NCBI GenBank assembly: GCA_023254095.1
Contig: JALNLM010000001.1
Location: forward strand, 64,001-128,000
Reading direction: 5' to 3'
DNA: 64,000 bases
DNA from: Candidatus Geocrenenecus huangii
GTDB taxonomy: Archaea; Thermoproteota; Nitrososphaeria_A; Caldarchaeales; Wolframiiraptoraceae
Shown: positions 41,246 through 49,600 of the stretch, piece after piece
Layout of the letters: each line of letters begins with the position of its first letter
How positions within the stretch are numbered: the stretch's first letter is position 1
The notes under the pieces: model-generated
What the model saw: the letters and a program-made list of their open reading frames with translations, nothing else
Told to the model about the DNA's origin: nothing
Database searches by the model: none
Translations under genes and position numbers: made by a program

Positions 41246-41647
41246 GTGACAACTACGAAGAAGCATAAACATGCTCAAGAATACGAAGAAATCGTCGAGA
41301 TAGTTAAGAGGATGGTCAGGGAATCGGAGGAGGGTTCTCTTATAATTGTTGAAGGTGAAAGAGACCTAAAAGCATTAAGGTCTCTGGGCATAAATGGAGA
41401 TATCCTAATCTACAGGTCACGTAGAGACCTTCTAGATAAGATCAATATGTTGAGACCCGCCCACATAATACTTTTGCTTGATATGGATCATGAAGGGGAA
41501 GAAAAGGCATTGTATCTTAAAAAGTTCCTAGAAGGGTCGGCGGAGAAGATTGATTTAACATACTGGAATACGTTGAGGAAATTTAGGAGATTAGGACTTA
41601 CTACTATTGAGTCGCTACCGAAGATATTAGACAACATGGTGAAGTAA
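41246..41647 (+). CDS. Small TOPRIM-domain protein (RNase M5-like)
   Basis: IIVEGERD...L..LG and LLLDMDHEG (DxD). Start uncertain: GTG 41246 or ACG 41255. Confidence 0.85.
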   Translation: MTTTKKHKHAQEYEEIVEIVKRMVRESEEGSLIIVEGERDLKALRSLGINGDILIYRSRRDLLDKINMLRPAHIILLLDMDHEGEEKALYLKKFLEGSAEKIDLTYWNTLRKFRRLGLTTIESLPKILDNMVK

Positions 41648-41650
41648 GTA

Positions 41651-42562
41651 GTGATCGAGAACGACTTAGACTGGGTAGCTTCTAGATGTGTTTCAGCTCT
41701 TCTCCTAGAGGTCTCCACTACGCCTAAGCCGGGGTTGGTCGATATGTACCACGATTTCAGAGAGACATTATTCGAACATTTTTTGATATCTTCTTCAACA
41801 TTGTATTCTTGTTTCAATAAGTCTGCAGAGATTGGATATACGAAACATGGCAAAGGTTTAGGGAAAGTAATCTATGAAGGAGTTGAAAACATGCTATCGT
41901 GCCAGAAGGGAGGAAACACCCATCTAGGAGCACTACTGTTAATCTCCCCTATTGCAGCTGCAACTCCATTATCGAGATCTAAGCCTGTCGACCCCGTGGT
42001 CCTCAGGAAGCATTTGAAGACAATACTATCTAGGATGGATTGGAGGGATACCATTTACATATTTAATGCAATAAAGCTCGTTTCTCCTCGAGGTCTCGGT
42101 AGGATATCTTTCATGGATGTTTTTAGAGAGGAAACCTATACGGAGATAAAGGAAAAAAAGCTAAAACCGATAGATGCACTTAAACCCTTCATAGATAGAG
42201 AGACCGTAGCTTGTGAATGGGTTAAAATATACCCTAGGACGATGTATGGGGCTACGAGATTATTAAGAAACCTTAAAAGAATGCCGATGCGTCAAGCACT
42301 TGCTCAAACATTTCTTGAACTCCTCTCAAAGTATCCAGATACGCATATTGCTAGAAGAGGGGGGAAGGCATTAGCTTATCAGGTGTCATACATGGTATCC
42401 GAGATTCTAAGACTAGGAGGAGTAAGCAGTAGAGAGGGGTTGAAAGCGTTGAATGAGCTGGATGAAAGAATGAGGAGAAGTTGGAGGATGAGACCCGGAG
42501 CAACAGCAGATCTGCTTGCTTCCTCCATCGCTGTTGTACTCTTATCAGGATGGAATCCATAA
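41651..42562 (+). CDS. CitG-family (triphosphoribosyl-dephospho-CoA synthase-like) protein
   Basis: LLEVSTTPKPGLVD, GGNTHLG, PDTHIAR, PGATADL. Confidence 0.88.
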   Translation: MIENDLDWVASRCVSALLLEVSTTPKPGLVDMYHDFRETLFEHFLISSSTLYSCFNKSAEIGYTKHGKGLGKVIYEGVENMLSCQKGGNTHLGALLLISPIAAATPLSRSKPVDPVVLRKHLKTILSRMDWRDTIYIFNAIKLVSPRGLGRISFMDVFREETYTEIKEKKLKPIDALKPFIDRETVACEWVKIYPRTMYGATRLLRNLKRMPMRQALAQTFLELLSKYPDTHIARRGGKALAYQVSYMVSEILRLGGVSSREGLKALNELDERMRRSWRMRPGATADLLASSIAVVLLSGWNP

Positions 42563-42594
42563 TAATGTATTTATAAGTTATCTTAAAACATATC

Positions 42595-43311
42595 TTGCGG
42601 AACGATGAACCTTCATGTATGGAGAAGAAAACCGTATCCGTTAAGAAGGTGCTCCCTCATGCATCTCCGAACATAACCTATGAAACTGTTTTAACAACAA
42701 AGTCTAGCAATGGTGTAGTAAATGCTGCACCTATAGGGGTTAAGTTTCTAGATGAGGAGCTTTCATGTTTTCTTTTAAGAATCTATAAGAAGAGTAGAAC
42801 GTACAACAACCTCTTAGAAACACGTGTTGGCGTAGTAAATATCACCCGTAACCCGATTGTCTTTATCAAGTATCTCCTAAGAGATAAGAAGAGATACTTG
42901 GAGAGGGAAATCGAGGATGCGTTAAATGTAGATGCTCCTAAATTGAAGGATGCCGAAGCATATATCGAGTTTACTGTGGAGAGCGTTCATCATAGGATAA
43001 ATCTGGGAGAATTCTATTGCCTAGCTGTAAATGCGTATGAGGGGGTAAAGACAGCCCAACCATATAGTAGGGCCGAGTATGCATTGGTCGAGTTATCCGT
43101 GAACATCAGTAGGGTGGAACCGTATCTTGAGCAGGGTCTCGACTTATCTGAGCTACTTAATTCTATAGCTTATTGCTTGAAGGTTATTGATAAGACCGCC
43201 GCCAAAACCGTGATAGAAGACTATTCTAGGCTTCTACTGTCTTCTCTCTCCGACCACTCTTCTTTACTCTTGAAAAGACATCTTTCACGATTAGGAATAC
43301 ATTTACAATAA
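42595..43311 (+). CDS. DUF447 family protein
   Basis: YETVLTT....VNAAPIGV, S.TYNNL, SRAEYALVE. Confidence 0.8.
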   Translation: MRNDEPSCMEKKTVSVKKVLPHASPNITYETVLTTKSSNGVVNAAPIGVKFLDEELSCFLLRIYKKSRTYNNLLETRVGVVNITRNPIVFIKYLLRDKKRYLEREIEDALNVDAPKLKDAEAYIEFTVESVHHRINLGEFYCLAVNAYEGVKTAQPYSRAEYALVELSVNISRVEPYLEQGLDLSELLNSIAYCLKVIDKTAAKTVIEDYSRLLLSSLSDHSSLLLKRHLSRLGIHLQ

Positions 43312-43786
43312 TTAAGATCACCAATACAATTCTTCCATACGGAGGGTATATTTCTCCTCTGAGGAATAATGAGAGATAGCCGAGGCCTGTCCAGTAAGGG
43401 ATCTTTACTCCGGTCCATCTACCAACAATATATTCTGGTGGGACTGGTGAAAAATAGTCGGAGCCCGTATTTGCATCTCCCTTCGTAATGAAGCCTGCGT
43501 CAACTTCACGGATAGCCCTATGAACGATCAATATGCTTGTCCCAGGTTTGTAGAAGACTATAACATCACCGTTAACTGGGTCAGCTCTAATCTCTTCTGG
43601 TGTGACCTTCTCTATGATTATTACGTCGCCCCTATACAGGACCGGCTCCATGCTTCCACTCTTAACGACAAGTATTGGGAAGACCTCTCCTTTAACACTG
43701 TATACTGCTGCGAGAATGAGGAGCCCGAATAGGAGTATCAACAAAACAATAACGAACGTATCTAGTATTCTACCGAGTCTTTTCAA
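43226..43786 (-). CDS. Signal peptidase I (Sec11/SipW type)
   Basis: SGSMEP, GDVI, IVHR, TKGDAN. Confidence 0.92.
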   Translation of the reverse strand: MKRLGRILDTFVIVLLILLFGLLILAAVYSVKGEVFPILVVKSGSMEPVLYRGDVIIIEKVTPEEIRADPVNGDVIVFYKPGTSILIVHRAIREVDAGFITKGDANTGSDYFSPVPPEYIVGRWTGVKIPYWTGLGYLSLFLRGEIYPPYGRIVLVILIIVNVFLIVKDVFSRVKKSGRREKTVEA

Positions 43787-43798
43787 TTATTCCACCTT

Positions 43799-46555
43799 CT
43801 ATATCTTCGGTATCTTCATAATTCTTTTCACTGTTTTCTTTTTCCGATGAGTACTTTTAAGTTTGATCTTTCTAGCAAGATGCGAGAAAATCATTACGAT
43901 ATTGACTAACGGGAGTAGCATTAGGATGACCGGGTTGACAAATTGGACCGGAAGCATGAAACTTAACTTGGTTTCATCTATTATCTGGATTGATGAAAAG
44001 TATTCTTCGCCGTCGTAGAGTATGCCGACCTTGTAGGCTCCGCCAGGCATATACGATTCTACTACCCCATTCTCATCCGTCTCCAGTTCTTCTATTAGAA
44101 TATTATCACGCTCCATTCTCAATCTTAATCCTTTCAACTTCTCGCCTAAAGTGTTGTAGAATGTGCTCACAAATTTATATACATCGACTTGCATCGTCAA
44201 ACTCTTAGGAGAATCTAAGGTAAAGGTCTTAGACCCTACCTTCACATTCTTGAATACTACTTCTATGGTTAATTCGCCTCCCGGAAGCTTCTCAGTAAAT
44301 GGGTTGTTTTCAGAGATAGAGATCTCTGACGTTTTCTTCCCGCTCACGTATATGTTGACTTTCCCGAATTTCATTGTTTCCCCATTCTTCAGTTTTACAG
44401 ATGCTTCCAATGTGTAGATGCTCGCACTAATTGTTACGGGCATCTCGTCTGTTACCAGATTTATTTCACGTGTATCCGTCTTTACCTTAACGTCCTTGTA
44501 ATATACTCCTACAATATAGAGGGTTATATTCGGAAGGTTAGGGATCCTCGCTTGTCCATTCTGGTTTAAGTCTACTAAGACCTCTTTATCTCCAACCGAA
44601 ATAATGACTCTTCCACCATCTATCGCTTGTTTCTCTGCATCTACTACGTTTAGTCTTAAATCTAGAATTCCAGGCGCGACTACTTCTAGAAGATTTCTAT
44701 CTATTTCGATAGGTGCTTCTCCTTCTCCAACTTTAAACCCGTAAAGATATACCTTGTAAGAATATGTTGTGAATGGTATATTCCTGAGAAAAGCAATACC
44801 TGAAGTATTTGTCATACTGTTTGTCTTCGACGCTCCCACCAGTAATTCTATCAACGCATCTGGGATGACTGATTCCTTATCTTTATCATAAAGTTTTATG
44901 TAGGCGTCTCCGACTCTTAGATTAATCGTGTAGGATGTCGACGACTGAGGCTGGACGACGACTTGACCAGATTCTACACCCATAACATAAGCTACAAAAT
45001 TATATTTTATGGGTAGAAACTCTCCTACCTCAGCTAGACCAGAGTTATCAGTTTTGAATATAAAGTATCTTGCACCATTCTCTAGATAGGCTACGACGTC
45101 TGCTGACAAAGGCTCATCATAGATATTCAGCGTGGCCACAGTAATGTTCTTTCCTCTAATCTTTATAGATAGTTCTTGCTCGTCTCTCGTAATGCCTACC
45201 TTTGTTTCTGCAACCTCTTGCTCCCCTATGTAGAGTTTTACCAAGTATTCTTCGTATGCTGGAATATTTTCTAGAGAAACGTATCCAGCTGAGAAGTCTA
45301 GAGGTATTTCTAGAACTTCTTTCTTTAATATTCCTTTCAGATATCTGGTTATAGATGAGTTTGCGAGAGATGATCCATCAATAGTTAATCTTGAATCAAA
45401 GAAGTTTGCCCTGATGCTTCCTTTAGCTGTCTGCGGAGTTATTTCATACTCTTTAGAGTAGACAGTTATCCCCGCCACAGAAACGGTTAACTTGAACTCT
45501 CCGAGGGGAACGTGGCCGAATCTCAATTCTCCCTCTAACGTTGAAGTTCTTGATACAAGCCTATTCATGTTGTCTCTTATCTCTCCATTAATCTCTGTTC
45601 CCAGATTTGAAACGATACTTTCACCATCGAAATCGTACACTGTAATGTTAAGTCTCACGGCCCGAGTAGTTACAGAGGCCGTTTCATCTCCATCTTTCAC
45701 CTTGACTAATCTGTCATCTGATCGATAAACTTCGTACTCTCCTAACTTAGCGATTAGATAGTATTGACCGTTTGGGATAAGCTTCAAGACAGCATAGCCT
45801 GTCGAGTTCGATACGGCTTTAAAGGCAACGCCTTCTTGTATGTCTTCTCTAAGCTCGGTCACTACCCCTTCGATAGGCCTATCCATTACATCGGAGATCT
45901 TTACGATGACTCTGTAGAGGTTTAGCTTTATATCAATGCTCTTAGCGTCTTCGGAGCACGTAGTCGTAATCTCGAATTTTCGATTAACATAACTAATATT
46001 TACTAGGTAGTCTGCAGAGGGGGTAGTATCGATTAGAGGTACAAAAGTGAATTGCACTTTACCATCTTGGTCAGTTGTACTGCTAAATCTCAACGTTTCG
46101 TTTTCTCTATGAGTAATCTCTACTTTAACATTCTCCAGAAAGTCTCTACCATACTTATCAGTGATTCTCAATGTCCACCTACTTAGTACGTTGACACGTA
46201 TCTCTTTTTTCGGGAGAGCAGAGTAGTTGAAGTTCTCAGTAATATTTACTAAGAACCCAGCTGGATAATATACTTCGAGTCTATAACTTTTCGTATCGCT
46301 GATAGATAGAGTAACCTTTCCATCACTACCTGTTCGCTTTGTATCGTTCAGATACTTGTTTCCATCTTGAACTGTGTAGGCTTTCACTACAGCGTTTGGT
46401 AAAGCTACACCATCGAATGTCTTAACAGTTATAGTTATATCGGGATAAGCGTTTGCCAGGTATACATCGTTCTCGCCACAGTACTGTAGAAAAAGTATAG
46501 AAAGAAGGAGGATAACTACGAGACTTTTTAATCTTAGTGAGTAAAGGTTGGGCAT
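43799..46555 (-). CDS. Large secreted, C-terminally anchored surface protein with tandem beta-sandwich (carboxypeptidase regulatory-like) repeats
   Basis: Signal peptide; recurring D..G..L..A.V....T...G....P...Y pattern; C-terminal TM and basic tail. Confidence 0.75.
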   Translation of the reverse strand: MPNLYSLRLKSLVVILLLSILFLQYCGENDVYLANAYPDITITVKTFDGVALPNAVVKAYTVQDGNKYLNDTKRTGSDGKVTLSISDTKSYRLEVYYPAGFLVNITENFNYSALPKKEIRVNVLSRWTLRITDKYGRDFLENVKVEITHRENETLRFSSTTDQDGKVQFTFVPLIDTTPSADYLVNISYVNRKFEITTTCSEDAKSIDIKLNLYRVIVKISDVMDRPIEGVVTELREDIQEGVAFKAVSNSTGYAVLKLIPNGQYYLIAKLGEYEVYRSDDRLVKVKDGDETASVTTRAVRLNITVYDFDGESIVSNLGTEINGEIRDNMNRLVSRTSTLEGELRFGHVPLGEFKLTVSVAGITVYSKEYEITPQTAKGSIRANFFDSRLTIDGSSLANSSITRYLKGILKKEVLEIPLDFSAGYVSLENIPAYEEYLVKLYIGEQEVAETKVGITRDEQELSIKIRGKNITVATLNIYDEPLSADVVAYLENGARYFIFKTDNSGLAEVGEFLPIKYNFVAYVMGVESGQVVVQPQSSTSYTINLRVGDAYIKLYDKDKESVIPDALIELLVGASKTNSMTNTSGIAFLRNIPFTTYSYKVYLYGFKVGEGEAPIEIDRNLLEVVAPGILDLRLNVVDAEKQAIDGGRVIISVGDKEVLVDLNQNGQARIPNLPNITLYIVGVYYKDVKVKTDTREINLVTDEMPVTISASIYTLEASVKLKNGETMKFGKVNIYVSGKKTSEISISENNPFTEKLPGGELTIEVVFKNVKVGSKTFTLDSPKSLTMQVDVYKFVSTFYNTLGEKLKGLRLRMERDNILIEELETDENGVVESYMPGGAYKVGILYDGEEYFSSIQIIDETKLSFMLPVQFVNPVILMLLPLVNIVMIFSHLARKIKLKSTHRKKKTVKRIMKIPKI

Positions 46556-46640
46556 ACCTCAATGCACTAATGATAATAGCGGTCTTTGTAGGATATATTT
46601 ATGACGTTCTCTAGAAATCTCTTCAAATAGGTGGAATAGC

Positions 46641-47060
46641 TTGAAATTGTATCGGGGAGAAATAAATGTTAAGACTTATGGAGAAGGAGACTTAGTAGAT
46701 TTAAATGGGAAGCTTGAAGAGCAAGTAAAGAAGTCTGGAGTTAGAGAAGGCATCGTACACGTGTTTGTTGTAGGATCGACGGCCGCGTTGACAACCATTG
46801 AGTATGAAGAAGGCTTGAAAGAAGACTTATTCAACATATTGGAGAGAATTGCTCCACGGGATATTGATTACAAGCATCATCTCCGGTGGGGAGATTATAA
46901 TGGGCATAGCCATGCCAGGGCTTCTATAATCGGTCCAAGCATATCTATCCCTATTGGAGATGGGAAACTTCTTCTCGGTACATGGCAACAAGTCGTTCTG
47001 GTAGAGTTGGATACTAGGCCAAGGTCTAGAAAGATAATAACGATGATTATTGGCGAGTAG
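46641..47060 (+). CDS. YjbQ/UPF0047 family protein
   Basis: STAALTTIEYE, NGHSH, LLLGTWQQV..ELD. Confidence 0.9.
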   Translation: MKLYRGEINVKTYGEGDLVDLNGKLEEQVKKSGVREGIVHVFVVGSTAALTTIEYEEGLKEDLFNILERIAPRDIDYKHHLRWGDYNGHSHARASIIGPSISIPIGDGKLLLGTWQQVVLVELDTRPRSRKIITMIIGE

Positions 47061-47673
47061 ACTTAGACTGTTTCTCTATTATCGTTTCTAGAGTCCATCT
47101 AATCGCATTAACTATCTCTCTAAGCCTATACTCTTCTCTAAAATTCCTTATTACTATCTCCTTGACCCTATCGCCTTCCTGAACTATGTTGTAGACTAGT
47201 TCATGACCAGGTGGAAGCCTCCCCTTCTCAACTCTCTCTGAATCTGTCTTCGCCATCGATTCTAAGACCTTCTTGACTAGAAAGGATGAGAAAGGTTTCA
47301 TGTCGTACGTAACGTTTATGCTTGGATCGATAATGAATCTCAACTCGGTTGGCGAGATGTAAACGGTGGCTAGAGTATCGCCCGTCCTAGATTTGAGAAT
47401 CCTAATCCTACCTTCCTCGACTTCCTGCGGAGCAGGTGCTTCAGGTTTGACAGGTACTGCCTTCTGGGCTTCTTTGACGACTTCTCCTACTTCTTCTTTC
47501 GTCTCTATAGATATAGAAGGCTTCCTGAAGCTCTTCTCTACAAGCTCTCTATCAACTAGTTCAACCATCTGTTTTAGAAGATTTAATTCTTTCTCTAGCT
47601 CGCTGATCCTTTCCTCCAGATATTCTTTTACTTTCGCTAGATTCTTTAATTGTTCTTTTTCTTCTTCAGACAT
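47047..47673 (-). CDS. Conserved hypothetical protein with N-terminal coiled coil
   Basis: Heptad-rich N-terminus, C-terminal PF..FL..KVL...IRWTLE domain; GAGGTG SD. Confidence 0.7.
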   Translation of the reverse strand: MSEEEKEQLKNLAKVKEYLEERISELEKELNLLKQMVELVDRELVEKSFRKPSISIETKEEVGEVVKEAQKAVPVKPEAPAPQEVEEGRIRILKSRTGDTLATVYISPTELRFIIDPSINVTYDMKPFSSFLVKKVLESMAKTDSERVEKGRLPPGHELVYNIVQEGDRVKEIVIRNFREEYRLREIVNAIRWTLETIIEKQSKSTRQ

Positions 47674-47686
47674 ATTCTCCACCTCA

Positions 47687-49459
47687 TTAACTGCTAGGCG
47701 TCTCAACTATTTTCTTCAATTGAGAATTATACATTTCTATAAGTTCATTAACTGTTGTTGCGTCTTCTGGACTTTTATCGAGTCTATACTTGCCGGTAAA
47801 TCTTGGAAACCGTATAGCTAGTCCTGTATTTTCTTTTATGACATTCCATCCTGCACGATGTATGGGGCTGAGAGTTATTTCCGCACCTATAATCTCTAAT
47901 ACTAGCCTAGGTTCGAACCATACGTCTGCCTCCATACCTGTCTCTACTCTTGCATGTCTATGATGTATCTTACACTGCTCGAGGATACTTGGAAGTTTTT
48001 CTAGGTCTTCATCTGTAAACCCGCTTCCAACTTTACACACTGAGGGAAAAACATCTTTTTCAGGATCATATGCGGCCATGAGTAGCGCTCCATATTTTCC
48101 ACTTCTTCTACCTCTTCCATGAAATGCTCCGACTACAACGAGGTCCACTGTATCGATCATCTCACTCTTATAGTCGCGTTTATACTTGATCCAAAGCCAA
48201 CCTCTAGCCCCAGCTCTATATATGGCCTCTTTACCTAATGCTTTAACAACTACTCCTTCGCAACCTACCTCGACCGCTTCATGGAAAAATCTCTCAAGTC
48301 CTTCAGAACTATCCGTATACACTGCTTTGCTCAAGTTTATCCTCTCACCTATCTTAACTATTTTTTCAAGTATCTTTCTTCTTTGTTCAAGTGGTTCAAT
48401 GGTTAGATCTCTTCCATCTACATACAAGACGTCGAAGAAGTATAAGCTTACAGGATATTCTTCTATAGCCTTGTGTATTTCATGCTTCCTCTTACGGTGC
48501 ATTAGTTCTTGGAAAGGAAGCATCTCCCCAGTCTCCTTCTCTATTGCTACAGCTTCACATTCGAGTATTGCTTCATCCGCTAATACCGATTCCTGAACGA
48601 GCTTTACAACGTCTGGATACTGTGAAGTGATGTTCTCCTGTCTTCTAGAGAAGATGATGACGTCGCCGCCTTTCTTATGAATCTGCATTCTCTCCCCATC
48701 ATACTTGTATTCCACTATACATTTTCCTCCAACTTTATCTAGGATTTCTGTAGCAGAGGATAACCTTTCAGCCAGCATAGGTCGGACCGGTCGACCTATG
48801 GTTATCTTGATATTCTTTATACCTTCCAAGCCTTCACTAACTGCAATCTTTGCCACATACCCGATGTCTGAAGTTAGGTTGTATGCTCTCTCAAAAGATT
48901 CTCTTGCTTCTTTTCCCCCACCATACAGTATTGCGAGCGCATCGAGGATAGTCATATCGGCCACTCCTAGTCTTAGTTTGCCTGTAACTATTCTAAGAAT
49001 GTATTTAGCCTCCTTTGGTGTAGCTGATGCTAATAATCCCACGAGGATCTGTACCTTCATCTCCATAGCTCCTTCTCCAACAGCTCTAGCAATCTTCTCC
49101 AGTGATTGGTAAACCTCCTGAACTGTTAATTCATGCATATGAAGAGTTATCTGACTGCGCTTCTGTAGAAGCTTTTCAGCCACTAGCCCTATATCTCCTA
49201 GCCTACTATATTCTTCTTTAACAAACTTCTCATGTTGTCCTGAAGCGAGCTTAACAGCCCTGAGAGCTAGTTTATCAGCTACGCCTAACTCAATCCCCGT
49301 AAAGGGTGGATAGATCTCTCCAACCGTAAGGTACACGATCTTATCTATAATTTCAGGGGGGCTTTTCTTCAATAACTCTACTAAGAGATTCGTCATCTCT
49401 ATTCTACTAGTAGTCGCTTCAATCTTCTCATAGTAATCTGTAAGTTGAGAGAAATGCAT
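47687..49459 (-). CDS. lig: ATP-dependent DNA ligase
   Basis: EYKYDGER, FDVLY, EGVVVK, WIKYKRDY, IRFPRF. Confidence 0.97.
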   Translation of the reverse strand: MHFSQLTDYYEKIEATTSRIEMTNLLVELLKKSPPEIIDKIVYLTVGEIYPPFTGIELGVADKLALRAVKLASGQHEKFVKEEYSRLGDIGLVAEKLLQKRSQITLHMHELTVQEVYQSLEKIARAVGEGAMEMKVQILVGLLASATPKEAKYILRIVTGKLRLGVADMTILDALAILYGGGKEARESFERAYNLTSDIGYVAKIAVSEGLEGIKNIKITIGRPVRPMLAERLSSATEILDKVGGKCIVEYKYDGERMQIHKKGGDVIIFSRRQENITSQYPDVVKLVQESVLADEAILECEAVAIEKETGEMLPFQELMHRKRKHEIHKAIEEYPVSLYFFDVLYVDGRDLTIEPLEQRRKILEKIVKIGERINLSKAVYTDSSEGLERFFHEAVEVGCEGVVVKALGKEAIYRAGARGWLWIKYKRDYKSEMIDTVDLVVVGAFHGRGRRSGKYGALLMAAYDPEKDVFPSVCKVGSGFTDEDLEKLPSILEQCKIHHRHARVETGMEADVWFEPRLVLEIIGAEITLSPIHRAGWNVIKENTGLAIRFPRFTGKYRLDKSPEDATTVNELIEMYNSQLKKIVETPSS

Positions 49460-49600
49460 TCCAATGAAATCTTACGCAACGTCTAATTAAAGTTTTAAAG
49501 ATGTGGATGGATGCATCTTACTTGAATATTTCTCCATTAGATTTACAAGGAATCTCCTAAATCATAATTCCGTGATCGTTCCTTAAGTATATAAGGAGGA

